DNA from: Octopus bimaculoides
Taxonomy: Eukaryota
Reading direction: 5' to 3'
NCBI RefSeq assembly: GCF_001194135.2
Contig: NC_068990.1
Coordinates: 85,896,660-85,956,847, forward strand
Length of the DNA: 60,188 bases
Shown here: positions 35,346-50,140 of the stretch, in pieces
How positions within the stretch are numbered: the stretch's first letter is position 1
How the letters are laid out: every line of letters begins with the position of its first letter
The notes under the pieces: generated by a model
Database searches by the model: none
What the model was told of the DNA's origin: nothing
Seen by the model: only the letters and a program-made list of their open reading frames with translations
Position numbers and translations under genes: made by a program

Positions 35346-38319
35346 TTAAATTCTCATCATTACTGATGACTGTCACATAACTGAATATGGATATTCCTTA
35401 TGTTTAAACTCTTAAATCTTTCAAGCCAAAGATATTTTGTATCTTTGTAGACCTTCATCTGAATTGACTGCTATTGCAAACACTCGTGGAATTAGCCTTT
35501 ACTAAACCAAAAAAAAAGAACTTTATAAGTTTGTTCAGATATTTATCACCACCACCACAAGGACGAATTGGGAATAGAATATTTGGGTTTCTCTGTGTCA
35601 ATGCTAGATAGAAGGGCATGGTGATAGTGAGGTTATTATTGGACAACTGACTTCAAGGTTAAATAAGTTCTGATCTTACTACTGTCATGGTATTATGTTC
35701 CTTAGTATGGACTTATCTAACTCTAAATAAAAATACGAAAACAAAAGAACTGGTTTCACTTTACAGCTGAGGCCTGGAAACAATTTGAGAAATCAAGCAT
35801 TGGGTATGAAAATGTAGTATAGGTTTCAGTGTATAAGGATGTTACGAGTACAGCTGTGTGTATGCTGTAAATGGTACAGATTTATGATTAAGCCTTCACT
35901 TGCAAATGGCTCAGTCTACTTAGCTGTAAATAAACTTGCTGTTGTAAAGAAAGGCATTAGTTCAAATGTAAAAAAAAGTATGTCAGTTTGTAGTACTTAA
36001 AGACAAAATCACTTCAGTGTACACTTAGTGGTAGTCATACTCCCAAGAGCTTAGAGACAAACCATTGACTATCGTTGGTTTATGTTTAACCCTCTTAGGA
36101 CACCTGGGTTGATTGATCAGCCCAAGTGACACAAGCTGAAAAGACTTTGAGGCCGATCCATTGAACTGATGAAAGAAATGTTTTGAAATGTAATAGCCAA
36201 TCAGAGATCGTCTTTCAGTAGATATAATATAAAACTATATACTATATATATATAGTTTTCTATACTAATAAAGTAGTTGTAGGTACTTTATCCTTTGTTT
36301 TCTACATGCACCTGATATTGTAACACTGTTATTTACAATGTTTTCTCTATTTAAAATTGTAGGATGTAATTTGAAGGAAATTTGGTTGCTATTTCTAGCG
36401 GATTGAGCTACTTCATAGAGACTCCCTCATGGCTCCTGTTTCAACAAAGTCTCATTAGCATTCAAACCCGATACATCTTGGCAAGCAGGAGCAGCTATTT
36501 AGTATCAACAACATTGACGTTAATTACCATGGGAACACTCCCTGTTGTTGGTTACTTTTACTATATCAGAGCTATGGCCTGAAGGTAGCTTGAAAGATGG
36601 AGCTTCAACATTGTCACTCGATTTACTAAAAATAACAGCCAAATTTACTTCAAAAAAATCTCTCCGCTTCACAAAAAAGCGGGGGGGGGGGGGGGGGGAA
36701 ACTCGCGTTGGATTGATGTTCCTGATGTATAAAATGATATCAGAGATGATGAGAATGGAGTACCTTTGACCATAGGCCTGTTCATTGTGGAGGGCTGGCT
36801 GGTCTGAGATTAAAACAATGATGAATGATTATTGAAATCTATGGTCTGTGTGGGGAGGGTATATTGTTTGTTGTAAGATTTAAGGCCTAAAAATATCTAA
36901 ATATCTGCCCCCTCCCCTGACTCCGTGATTCTCTTTAGGGACATTGAACACACCTAGTGATTTACATAGAAATTACCTTGAAATAAACAACCTGCTTTCT
37001 TTTTCTTTCTCACCTGTTTTATCTTTTTGGTATGTGATATGAGGTGTGCAAGGTTTAATTTCCACATACCAACTAGATTTTTTTTTGTTATTGTTATAGT
37101 ATTTAAGGGCCTTGTCAGCTAACACCTGACAGCCTTTCTTCTCTTTCCTCTTCCTCCCTCTTTGTTCCCCCCTCCTATCCAGCCCCAATTTAATTAGCCC
37201 TAGGGGGGACAGGAGATAAGTTTTGACACTCCCAGGATATAACCACAGTTTTCTTTCACATAGTTTTCTCAGTAATTAACTTCAGTGACATGTTTTTCAC
37301 AGGTGTGTGTGTGTGTGTGTGTATCATAAGATAGCATCCAAAATATTTTTCTCAAACAATGGTCTTGAGTTTCTTTAGAGGAGGGGCACTTACCTACCAC
37401 TACCCTGCAATACATTTAATTAAAATCCTGAAGATAGGTAGTAATTAAAGTAGCCGCCTAGATACTGTGAGGTCAATTACAAGCTGATGTGTTGTGGTTT
37501 TTGTAAAGCAACATAGACGATCTTCATTAAAACTTATTGAAAACAAATACTGACTGCTCAAGTAATTGCAGATTTGTACAATAGTTTAATTTCTTAGTAG
37601 AAAGAACAGGTGTAAAAGCGTCTACCTCTACTGAATTTTCTCTATATTTCCTGCTACCTGTTGGCTTAATTTCAGGTCATGTGTAATGAAAACCTTTCAT
37701 TAGAGTATTCCATCCATGACTTTCTAGGTCATTCATGACTGAAGGGGGGGGGGGTCTTTACCCTTTTTACCCTATTTTTAGAATGACATTGTAGGGTAAG
37801 TGTGAGGGGTCCGATCTGGTCAGTTTGAACAAAAAAAGCAGGTAGAATATTTTGGCTGGATATGGCTGGTTTGAATGCTAAAGGGTCAGACATTTTTTTT
37901 ACTGCACTATCTTTAGAATAATTTTGCTAAGTTCGGTTGCATGTCTCTATTTTACTATTTGATTCAGTTTTTTTTTTGTATTGAATGTGAAAATAAAAGC
38001 AAAGAATACAAAAAAAGCTGATTGTTCTGATCTTAATGTTGTTATGTAAGGCTGACCTATCTCTTCTGCTGATCTTGTTATATATAGCAATATTGATCAA
38101 CCTGTTTTGTTCTTGCTGTTATATATGTTAGATTGACCTACCTATTCCGTTGTTACTTCTATATATAGTTAGACTGATCTTGTTCTGATTTGATCTTCAT
38201 GTTTATAATGTAGTAAGACTAACCTACCTGCTCCGCTGTCTTTTTTAACATAAACTACAGAAGTTACTTAAAGCTCCACCAATCACATAGAAATGTAGAT
38301 TTTGCTATTTTGTCTTGTT

Positions 38320-38648
38320 ACTCTTTTACTTGTTTCATTCATTTGACTGTGGTCATGCTGGAGCACTGCCTTTAGTCGAGCAAATCAACCCCAGGACCTA
38401 TTCTTTGTAAGCCTAGTACTTATTCTATTGGTCTCTTTTGCAGAACCGCTAAGTTACAGGGACGTAAACACACCAGTATCGGTTGTCAAGCGATGTTGGG
38501 GCGACAAACACAGACACACAAACATATACACACACATACATATATATATACATATATACGATGGGCTTCTTTCAGTTTCTGTCTACCAAATCCACTCACA
38601 AGGCTTTGGTCGGCCCGAGGCTATAGTTGAAGACACTTGCCCAAAGTG
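38320..38648 (-). mobile_element. tRNA-derived SINE, family B, with internal (TA/TG)n, 5'-truncated
   Basis: Reverse complement of 43655-44058 (gacacttgcccaagg, cttctttcagtttc, gaaccgctaagttac, catgctggagcac). Confidence 0.85.
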
Positions 38649-40059
38649 CAGTCATTAATAGATGCATTGTTGCATATATTAATCTGACCTGCAGATATTT
38701 AAAATTTAGAAATATCAATAGATCTATCCCAGGTTGGAATCCTTCCCAAGTGTGTGTGATAGTTCTTTTAATACAGTGCCACCTGCCAATTTATTCTTCC
38801 AGTTAGTACATACGTTGGTGTTAGTTCGGTAATTTAGACTAAGTAAACTCATCTAAATGTTGCTCTGGCCGGCTTCATATGTTATAACGTATACATATTT
38901 CTTTGAAGCTAATGACTCACACTGCTGCTGGTATGTTTTTCTTGCAACGTGCAAGCCTTCAGGCACCAAAAAAAATTGTGTATATATATATAAATATATA
39001 TAATACACAACACACACATATATACACTTTCTCATCTTAGTTTACAAATTTTTATCTATGAAATACAGTTTAGACAAGTGTTAACATGAAACTTGATGCC
39101 CATGATTAACTCGGTGCTTTCAGCTGAGAATATTACAGGAGATACACACAAGAACCAAGAGTTTCTTGTCAAACTGAGAAGTTAAAAAACAAGACATGGT
39201 TGTATGGAAGAGCATATTTACTGTTCTTATAAATAGTGTTAAATGTCATGTCATTTACAATAGATGAATTTGAAAACTTAGATATAATAGGTTGTGAATG
39301 CAAGATGGAATATGTACATGTAGCAGGTTTTTTTTGCACACATGCATACACACATATGTACATATATATCCAACCAGAACTAGTTTCACACCCTAGCACA
39401 TGTGTGCGTGCATGCATGCATGAGTGTATACTCATGCATGCAGACATGCACATGCCCATATGCAGACATGCACATACTCACACACAGACATGCACACGCT
39501 CACATGCAGACATGCACTGCACTCTTGTGCACACACACTGAGGTGAGGAAGTGTGTGTCTATATGTTAATAAGCATTCTTTATGTACATATACATAAGTC
39601 CATCTTGTGTTTACAACCTATTATCAGTTTTCATCTTCATGTAATCACGTGACACAGTATTTTTTTTTTATTTTTTTTATAACGTTTTGTTAATGTTACA
39701 TTAAGCATCTGCTCTTTCTGTACTCTTTCTCGAATGCTTCATAAAACTCTGAGTAACTCCTGTAGTATTCTCTGCTGAAACCAAAATTATATTCTACATG
39801 ACATACTGTTCTCTTTACCGCATTTGAACACTCCTTTCACCTACACAGACAAACCTGTAGAACCATAAACATCCACACACTCGCACGTGTGTGTATAACT
39901 GCACATCCGTACACACTGCATATAATGTACATGTCTTAATTATTGCTAGTGTAAATATATTTTATGACTGCTAAAATCTTAGATTAGGAAATATTCCAGC
40001 TCTAAATCTTGTTTCGAGAATGAATCATTTGATGTCTTTCAAGTTATTTATGAAATATG

Positions 40060-40094
<35 letters not shown>

Positions 40095-40620
40095 CCATGT
40101 TTTTAATAAGTAAGCCATTAATACATTACTAAATATATGTTAATGTTTCTCACACCTCCTCCTGTATTCAAGATAAATAAATATATGGTTTAACTGCTTT
40201 ATGAATCATATATCTCGAGTTGTTTATGACGATAGCTCCAGGAGTTTGAAGCTAAACTAGAAAAAGTTATTCCAAATGGGAAAGTTTGTGGGTGAATGCA
40301 AGGAACATCAAAAAGTTAACCGAAGATAAATATGCAATGATGGAGCTATATAAAATCATTTTATTGTCCACGTGCTTGCATGGGTCTGATGGAATACATT
40401 GAGGCAGATTTTTATGGCGAGGTGTCCATTCTGTTGCCAAACAAGGTATTATTTTCCAACATCTTGGAGTGGCTGTGTGAGGCGGTGCTCCAGCATGGCC
40501 GCAGTCAAATGACTGAAACAAGTAAAAGAATAAAAGAATATTTCCAATGCATAATTGGAAACACTTCTTGTATGGCGATGATTCTTTGCAGCCATCATGC
40601 TGTCCCTTACCCTCTATGTA

Positions 40621-40652
<32 letters not shown>

Positions 40653-40819
40653 TGCAGCATGCTTCCCTTTTGGTTTCTGTCTACCAAATCCCCCCCATAT
40701 GGATTTGGTTGGCTTGAGGTAATAGAAAACATTTGCATTAAGTGCTATGCAGTGGGACTAAATCTGAAACTATGTGGTTGGCAAGAAAATTTCCTGATCA
40801 CATAACATCCATAACCATG

Positions 40820-40853
<34 letters not shown>

Positions 40854-42300
40854 ACACACACACACAGCGAAATATTTGAAGTTGCTCTTTTTTTTTCCCA
40901 CTAAGACAACTGGCAATGTTTTACTCTTATTCTGACCTCATCAGCAAAGCCTGGCTTTTATTGTATTTGCCGAATTAGAGATGAAAGAAAGCATAATTAC
41001 TAGTTTTATATATTTGCTGATATAGTAAAAAAAAAAAAGAATTTATAAAACTTAAGTTGCTGTTTACCTCTGTATAAAAAACAAAAGGTTTAATGGCCTA
41101 AATTACACTGAAAGGCCTATTGTCTAAGTTCTTTCTCATAATAAATTGGGAATTAACATTACTTTAAGCTCCTTCCTCTTAAAAACAATTTTTTTCTAGA
41201 CAATACTGATAGTTTTTTTTAGTATGGGAGTGGAAAAATAATTGGGGTAGTATGAGTAGATGTGTGTGTTGTGGGTGGGTTTCTACTTGTTTTAAGATCC
41301 CTTAGACAAAGGTCATAACAGACAATAAAATTTCTTTGACAAGGTCAAAGTAATATGTACATCATAGTCTGTATGTGTGGGAGAGTTGCATTTACTTTAG
41401 AGCGCAATTCTCTCACGTACACACACACACTTGCTGTGTGTGTGCCTAAAACATTCCCATCACTGTGTGTGTGATATATTTTACCTTTTACTTGTTTGTC
41501 ATTAGACTGTTGCCCTGCTGGAGCACCACCTTGAATTTTTAGTACAATGTATCAACCTCAGTACTCTTTCAAAGCATGGCACTTATTCTGTCTTGTTTTC
41601 ATAAGTTATGAATTAAAATCTTCCACCAAAACCTTAGTCACAGTTTATGTTCCTGGCACTAGCTTAACACATAAACCATGATGGGCCAGGATCATGGCCT
41701 GTCGACCATGATCGTGGCCCAGATAGATGTGTTTAATTCATGGGTGTTTGTTGGGGTCTAATGTCACTCAAACGTTCCGATAGTTCAACTAATTTTCAGA
41801 TGTAAAACTTGCCACCATTATATACAAAGAAGATATTTTAACTATTTTTTGTTTTTTATGTGTGTATGGTTGTCTCATTTTCATAAAATGTGCTCAGCAG
41901 TCCATGCTATATAGATGCAAATCTCAGCGCTTTATGGGTTAATGTCACAATTTATGTTCTTAACACTAGCTTAATGATGATGACTAAGTTATTTTACTAA
42001 ATTCTTAGTTATATTTAAAATTAATTGAAAAAAACACAGAACATCTCAAAATAAATATGGTAATGAAAGAGTTAAGAATGAAACCGTCAGATTTTTTTTT
42101 GAACTGGTAATAGTTAAAATAGAGGCTGAAAATGTTCTTCTGTTGAGGTTTATAAATAGAAGTTTTAGGTTGTATTTTTAAAGTCCCAAATATTTGTAGC
42201 AGAGTGAACTCCTTGCTCAAAGGCACCCAAGAATCTTATAATGGCATTCAACAAAGGCAATGAAGTAAGTGTAACATGCAGTCCCAGCTTATTGTTTTAA

Positions 42301-42493
42301 TCCTTTGGCATTTAAACTGGCTGCATCTGGCTGAACGTTCTGGTCAGATCTGGCCTCTCTCACCTACCCTATGATGTCATTCTAAAAATAGTCACATCAT
42401 TGAAATTTCAAAGCTACAATTTAATGCATGATTAATTAAAAGCAATGTTAATAGATATGCATTACATTTGACAGTAATCTGAATGCTAAAGGG
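42301..42493 (-). mobile_element. piggyBac-type MITE, second copy
   Basis: TTAA|tcctttggcattt...aatgctaaaggg|TTAA; internally similar to 35127-35345 in reverse. Confidence 0.8.
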
Positions 42494-43654
42494 TTAATAA
42501 GAACTGAATGGTTCTTTGGATTGTGTAGTCTTAAGCTCTGCTGCTTGAAATTCAGTTGGAATGGTCATGGCTGAAATACTGTAATCATGGTGCTAAACAT
42601 CATCATACTGTAATATCTCAATATTTTTGCTACCAATCATCCTGGGTTTTATTTTTGTTTTGAATATATTATTCAGAGTATTGTGGTAGCAAAATAAACC
42701 TTAAATGAGATGGGGCAGATGTAGGGACATCTGGGTAAAAGTGAGAAAGAGAGAGAGAGGGGGGGTGCTTCAGTAAAACTTTTGAGAAGAGAAACCCTAT
42801 CCCGTTGAAGTATACATGTACAGAATATACTAACCGAACAGAAGAGGGCTGGTTGGGAAAGCATATGTAGAAGCCCCAGGTGATGTCAGACAGGGGAGCA
42901 CACCTATGGTTGTGTTAATAAATGAATAACAAGAAAATGAATTGTAACCTGGTGTATCTCCTCTTCCTTCTCAGGAGTAGTAGTAGTAGTAGTGGTGGTG
43001 GTGGTGGTGGTGGTGGTGGTAAATAAACCAACAGAACAGAATAGAAACTATAACTAGCAAAAGTCCCTTTCCCCAACATTCTGTTTATTTAGGGTAATTT
43101 GGTTCAAAGTAATGAAAAAAGGCCAGTTGATCCCTCCTTTTCTGGCTGGCAATGTCTCATCCCTCCTCCCCTCAACTACCTTATCCCTCTCTATTCTATC
43201 TTACCCTATTTCTCTCTACATTCTCTCTGTTCAGTCTTTACTGTTTTGTCTTCTCCTCTCACTTAGCTCATCTCTTCTGTTTTATTCCCTCCTTTGCCCT
43301 CCCCCTCTCTCCCTCTCTCTCTTCTTGCTGTATCTATCTCTTTTCTGTCTTCTCTTACTCTTTCCCCATCTTCCTCCTTTGTTTCCCTCTGTCTTTCACC
43401 TTCCATAGTAGTACTTCATTGTATTGACCTAGGAGAAATGAAATGCAAAATCAACACTGGCAGGAGTTGAACTCAGAACATAACTGCATGTGATTAAAAT
43501 GTATTTTCTCCATTACTCAACTACAGGGGTGAGGAAGCCCCTGCCCATGGGCACAGTTGCTCCTGCAAGCCTGTTTTATTTCGTCCACAGGCTGATATAC
43601 TTGTATGTACAAAATATAGATATTTCAATTATAAAATTTATACAATAAATACGG

Positions 43655-44058
43655 TGGCTGTGTGGTAAGTAGCTTGCTTACCAACCACATGGTTCCGAGT
43701 TCAGTCCCACTGCATGGCACCTTGGGCAAGTGTCTTCTACTATATCCNNNNNNNNNNACCTTGGGCAAGTGTCTTCTACTATATCCTCGGGCCAACCAAA
43801 GCCTTGTGAGTGGATTTGGTAGACGGAAACTGAAAGAAGCCCATCTTGTATATGTATGTGTGTTTGTCCCCCCAACATCGCTTGATAACCAATACTGGTG
43901 TGTTTACATCCCCGTAACTTAGTGGTTCAGCAAAAGAGACCAATAGAATAAGTACTAGGCTTACAAAGAATAAGTCCTGGGGTCGATTTGTTCCACTAAA
44001 GGCAGTGCTCCAGCATGGCCACAGTCAGATGACTGAAACAAGTAAAAGAGTAAAAGAG
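43655..44058 (+). mobile_element. tRNA-derived SINE, family B, near full length
   Basis: gtggctgtgtggtaag A-box-like, ggttccgagttcagtccc B-box-like, tail (gtaaaaga)n. Contains a 10-N gap with a 29-bp duplicated flank. Confidence 0.85.
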
Positions 44059-44615
44059 ATATGGAAGTTAGATCCTGTGATCCGCCCCCAGTGTTAGATT
44101 CGAGGAAGATTTGACTGCTATTTCTAGCAGACTGAACAAATGTACTCAAATTCTCTCTTAATGGTTTTGAAGAGAATTACGTTATTGTGAGAAGTGGCAA
44201 ATTATATATTCTCAAACCTGATAATGTTAACTGTGTTGCCTGTCTCAAACATTGTGCTAAAATCTTTCCATTAGATGTAGTGGGATATTTTTTTTTTTTA
44301 TTGTTATAATTACAGAATGAAATGGAGTTGTCTGTCTAGCAGTTCTTTCTTCTCTCTGTTCCCAACATCCTTTAAACCAGCCTCACACAGACAGGACCCT
44401 ACTGAAAATGGCATCCCTAACTTAACATTTAAAAATGTTAAGCTGGCATGAGAAATGTCAAAACAGTTGCAGTGTTTCATTTGGCTTAATTACTACTGTA
44501 ATAGGAACAATTTTTAGAACCGAAGTGACACCGTTATCATCTTTCTACTCCCTAAAATAGAAACCCAAAAACGTAAAACTATATCCTAGCTTGTGTTTAA
44601 TTTCAAAGCATACAT

Positions 44616-45250
<635 letters not shown>

Positions 45251-45264
45251 AAACATAATATTCC

Positions 45265-45460
45265 TTCTGCTATAAGCACAAGACCTGAAATTTACAGCCG
45301 GGGGGGGGGTGTTGGATGATTACATCAACCCCAGTGCTCAACTGGTACTTATGTTATCAACCCTGAAAGATGAAAGGAAAAGTGAACCTCGGCAGAATTT
45401 GAACTCAAAGCTTAAAGATGGACAAAATGCCACTCAGCAGTTTGTCTGGCTTGTTAACCA
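45265..45460 (-). mobile_element. Family A SINE
   Basis: ctggtacttatgttatcaaccctgaaagatgaaagg...cggcagaatttgaactca. Confidence 0.7.
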
Positions 45461-47300
45461 TTTCCCCAACTTTCCACCTCTTTTATGTCTGCATAATTCA
45501 CTTTGAGCAACAAATATATATTTAGATGGTGAAGCAGTCTTGAGTTAACCAACAAATATTATTTTCTTAAAACTTTTCTCTTTTTTTTTTACAAACAGAA
45601 TAACTCTGAGGCTCACAGACTAACTTAGATATATAGCTTCAGAGTGTTTCATAAATTATCTGGGAGTGCCACAGTTTAAGATTTGGGTGTTGTCCAATCA
45701 CTTGAAAAGGGGTTGACTAAGATGAAAAATATGGTTTTGTTTTTGCACACATGAATTGTTAGTGCTGTGGTTTCTAGTTTAAGCTACCGTTTATCTGGCA
45801 GTTCCTCTGTGTGCCAAAAGAATTCATTGCACAAAGCTATAAATAAACTTAGAACGTTGATCAAAAGAAAAATATACTTCTGAAATTGCTTAACAAAAAA
45901 TTAATTGCATGTACCTCAATTAAGAATTTTGTGTTGCCAGAATTTTGTGGAGAGAAAAAAGAAAATTGCTGTGTTTTTCTTGAGAAATAAGCTTCCTCTA
46001 GCCTATTGAAGAATGGAGCTAATAGTGCCTTCTGTTTTTTTATACAGTTCTTCTCTTTATGAAATTAATTTTCATCTCTTTGATTTGCAGTAAAACGAAT
46101 CAAAAACAAACTACCAACATCTAAATGAATTCTTTCCCCCCTCCTCTGCCTGTTCTAAACCTGACCATCTGTCTTTGTAAATAATACGTTTTCTCAAGAA
46201 ACTACTGTTACTGAAATTGTATTATTGTCTTTCAACAAAAAAGTTTTCAAATAAATAAATAAAGCAAAGAATGCAAAAAAAAAAAAAAAGCTTCCTCACT
46301 GAGTTATATGTAATTCAGCTGCCGACCCTATTCTGTTTGCTATCTATGGGGAATTACACTCATCCATTTAACCCGTTTTTCTTTTTCTTTCCTTATGTTT
46401 TTTTTTTCTTTTTGGTAGTTTTCTATACTTAAACATTGCATTTCTAACTTTATCAAAAAGAAAACTTTTTTTAGGTTGTTTTACTCTAGATTTTCATAGA
46501 ATAGAATATAGTTGGGTCTCGGGGAAAGAATGTATGTTCTTGCTACTACGGTACCCCTTTTGATCAATATTTCTTTNNNNNNNNNNNNNNNNNNNNNNNN
46601 NNNNNNNNNNNNNNNNNNNNNNNNNNNNNNNNNNNNNNNNNNNNNNNNNNNNNNNNNNNNNNNNNNNNNNNNNNNNNNNNNNNNNNNNNNNNNNNNNNNN
46701 NNNNNNNNNNNNNNNNNNNNNNNNNNNNNNNNNNNNNNNNNNNNNNNNNNNNNNNNNNNNNNNNNNNNNNNNNNNNNNNNNNNNNNNNNNNNNNNNNNNN
46801 NNNNNNNNNNNNNNNNNNNNNNNNNNNNNNNNNNNNNNNNNNNNNNNNNNNNNNNNNNNNNNNNNNNNNNNNNNNNNNNNNNNNNNNNNNNNNNNNNNNN
46901 NNNNNNNNNNNNNNNNNNNNNNNNNNNNNNNNNNNNNNNNNNNNNNNNNNNNNNNNNNNNNNNNNNNNNNNNNNNNNNNNNNNNNNNNNNNNNNNNNNNN
47001 NNNNNNNNNNNNNNNNNNNNNNNNNNNNNNNNNNNNNNNNNNNNNNNNNNNNNNNNNNNNNNNNNNNNNNNNNNNNNNNNNNNNNNNNNNNNNNNNNNNN
47101 NNNNNNNNNNNNNNNNNNNNNNNNNNNNNNNNNNNNNNNNNNNNNNNNNNNNNNNNNNNNNNNNNNNNNNNNNNNNNNNNNNNNNNNNNNNNNNNNNNNN
47201 NNNNNNNNNNNNNNNNNNNNNNNNNNNNNNNNNNNNNNNNNNNNNNNNNNNNNNNNNNNNNNNNNNNNNNNNNNNNNNNNNNNNNNNNNNNNNNNNNNNN

Positions 47301-47467
47301 AAGTTGTGGTGAAAGAGTACAGCAGGGTTCGCCACCATCCCCTGCCGGAGCCTCATGGATCTTTAGGTGTTTTCGCTCAATAAACACAACGCCCGGTCTG
47401 GGAATCGAAACCGCGATCCTATGACCACGAGTCCACTACCCTAACCACTGGGCCATTGCGTCTCCAC
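47301..47467 (-). mobile_element. Family D SINE 5' half, young and CpG-retaining
   Basis: Near reverse complement of 55523-55690. Confidence 0.85.
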
Positions 47468-49851
47468 AGGAAATCAAAAATACAAGAAGTAAACTAAAAT
47501 GGTTCCACAGAGAATTGAACTCAAGCTGTAGAATTAGTTTCCTGATATTCTACCACCACCACCACCACCACTACTGTGCATCTCTTGCACACAATCAGTT
47601 AGGTTTTATATTATCTGTCCATTTGACCTCATAGAAGAGTTATCAATATATTTTGATTGAAAACTTTAAAAAGCTGATAATGAGAATGAAAGAAAGTACG
47701 AGTGCCTGTGAGAATTATAAATCCTCGTTTGTAATTTAGCATTTTAAATGGAAATATTTATTGACATAATTCTTCAAATTGAAAAATTTTAAATTGACTT
47801 ATGAATGGCTGAATGCACAAAACATTTAGATTTAGCTATTCAACCGCACAATGTTCAATATTTTGTCAAGTGTGTGTGTTCTATGATAGGTTACAACTGA
47901 TTCTACTTAGAAATCTCGTGGTAGGTCATCAGATATTGGCCAGATTCAAAAGTGATCGGAATTGATTTTTAAAAACAAAAAATCAGTTTTGTCTTCCCAT
48001 GCATTTTTTCTTCTTTCTATGAATGAAGCCTGCTGTGTTTTCATATGAAATTCTAACTTAGAGTTTATAATTTTATATATCTGCCATAGTTGATGCCATA
48101 TTTATCTTACAATGGACAATGCATTCACGTTCTTACTAACCAAACTAAATGATAAACAAATATCACTCTGGATGAGCCAACAGAAAGACCTCTATGTGGC
48201 CCATTGACCCACTGGAGGGCTGAAATGAACTCTTTGAACAATGTAGCCTTTTAAAATAAATACATTTTATGTCTGTCTATATATATATATATATATATAT
48301 NNNNNNNNNNNNNNNNNNNNNNNNNNNNNAAAAACAGTATGATTACTAGTAAAACATCTTTGAAGGTAGCTGCTGAAGTAGGAATAAGTCTGGGATTAAA
48401 ATGAACACAAATAATGTATGAAACACTTGTAGTAAAAGAAAATTGTATCCCCCTCCTTTATGTGAGAATTATAAATCCTCATTTATAATTACATAAATAT
48501 ACCATATCAGTTCTTGATCTATTTCGTTTATAAATTGCATAAATATACCATATCAGTTTGCGATCTATTTCTCCACATACTGACATAAGTCGGTAGGGTT
48601 AGGAATCTGCTGTATTAAATTGGCATTTTATTTCTATGTAATTTTTTTTTTTTTTTTCTTCTTCATGCAATGTATGTCTCTTGATTCTTCAAATGGTTTA
48701 AAGAAGTTCTTGTCACTTCCAGAGGCAATTAAAATAATTTTAATTACACAAATTAATTTATAGCAATTAAATTAATTAGATATTTTCTGAAATCTATTTA
48801 TTTAAAAAGCTAAAGCAATCTAGAATGCATTTCAGATTCTGCATATTTGACCTCCAGAAAATTTATATTTGGTTCTGAGAGAACAAGATCACATAAGTTC
48901 AAAGCTATATATATTCTGCACACATGCATGTTTATATATATATATTCGTTTGTACCTCCATATACACGTGTACTGATGTGGATGCTTAAAGATATTGAAT
49001 TTCGTTATCAGTTTGAGTTTTCACTGTGTGTGTGCAGTGCATCATGTATAATGTAGTGTTAAGAGCCATGGAAATGTATGAGTAGCAGATGGAACGCATC
49101 TGACAGCATTGGTGGAATTGTTGATTACCAAATGCTGGCCTTCACAGAGGCAATGACAAATGGCACACTTGAGCAGAAGACCCATGAAGCCAAGTGAAAT
49201 CGTAGTTGTGGAAGATATTGGTGCCATGCAAACTGACACCTTATGACTACCTGATTGATTGGTAGTTCTTAGCCACTGCACTGTCCCTTACCAAGGTACT
49301 TAATTCATGAATGTCCTAGTTGTATATAGAAATAAGTAGGTACGCCATGTGAGGTGATGTTACACATGTATGTGTATCACACAATGTTTGCAACAAGCAT
49401 AATCCATACTGACATGCAAGTGCACATAATGCATACAAATGCAGCACTTGTAATGTACAAGTTACATGCAACATGTACCCAATCACATGCAATTATGTGC
49501 ATATATTAAAATACACTTTCATGTACATTTAACACCACGTTGTTTTAATGTCTGCTTTTCCATGTTTGTATGGATCAGACAAGAGTATGTTGAGGCGGAG
49601 TTTGCTACAGCCAGGTGCCACCACTTGTTTTCAAGAATGGTAATTATCTCCAGTCTGTGGAACAACAAACAGCCGAACCATGTTTAAGCAGAGGCCTGGA
49701 AACAAACGACACCGTGTGATTGAGACTTCTGCTTACAAAGATCGCACATCATCTCCTGGTTGATCATACTTTTGTAGTGGACTGTAAGCGAGCGACACCA
49801 TCAATGAAGCCTTTGTTTACAACCAGTGAGTAAACACATGAAAACTAATAC

Positions 49852-49884
<33 letters not shown>

Positions 49885-49924
49885 CACGCATACACATAGA
49901 TTGCAAGCTTCTTTCAGTTTCCTA

Positions 49925-50140
49925 TTTCTTTACTGCCCACAAGGGGCTACACACAGAGGGGACAAACAAAGGGATTAAGTCGTTTATATCGACACCAGTG
50001 CGTAACTAGTACTTATTTAATCGACCCCGAAAGGATGAAAGGCAAAGTCGACCTCGGCGGAATTTGAACTCAGAACGTAGCGGCAGACGAAATACCGCTA
50101 AGCATTTCGCCCGGCGTGCTAACGTTTCTGTCAGCTCGCT
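49925..50140 (-). mobile_element. Family A SINE, near full length, CpG-retaining
   Basis: tcgaccccgaaaggatgaaaggcaaagtcgacctcggcggaatttgaactcagaacgtag...gctaacgtttctgtcagctcgc. Confidence 0.9.
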
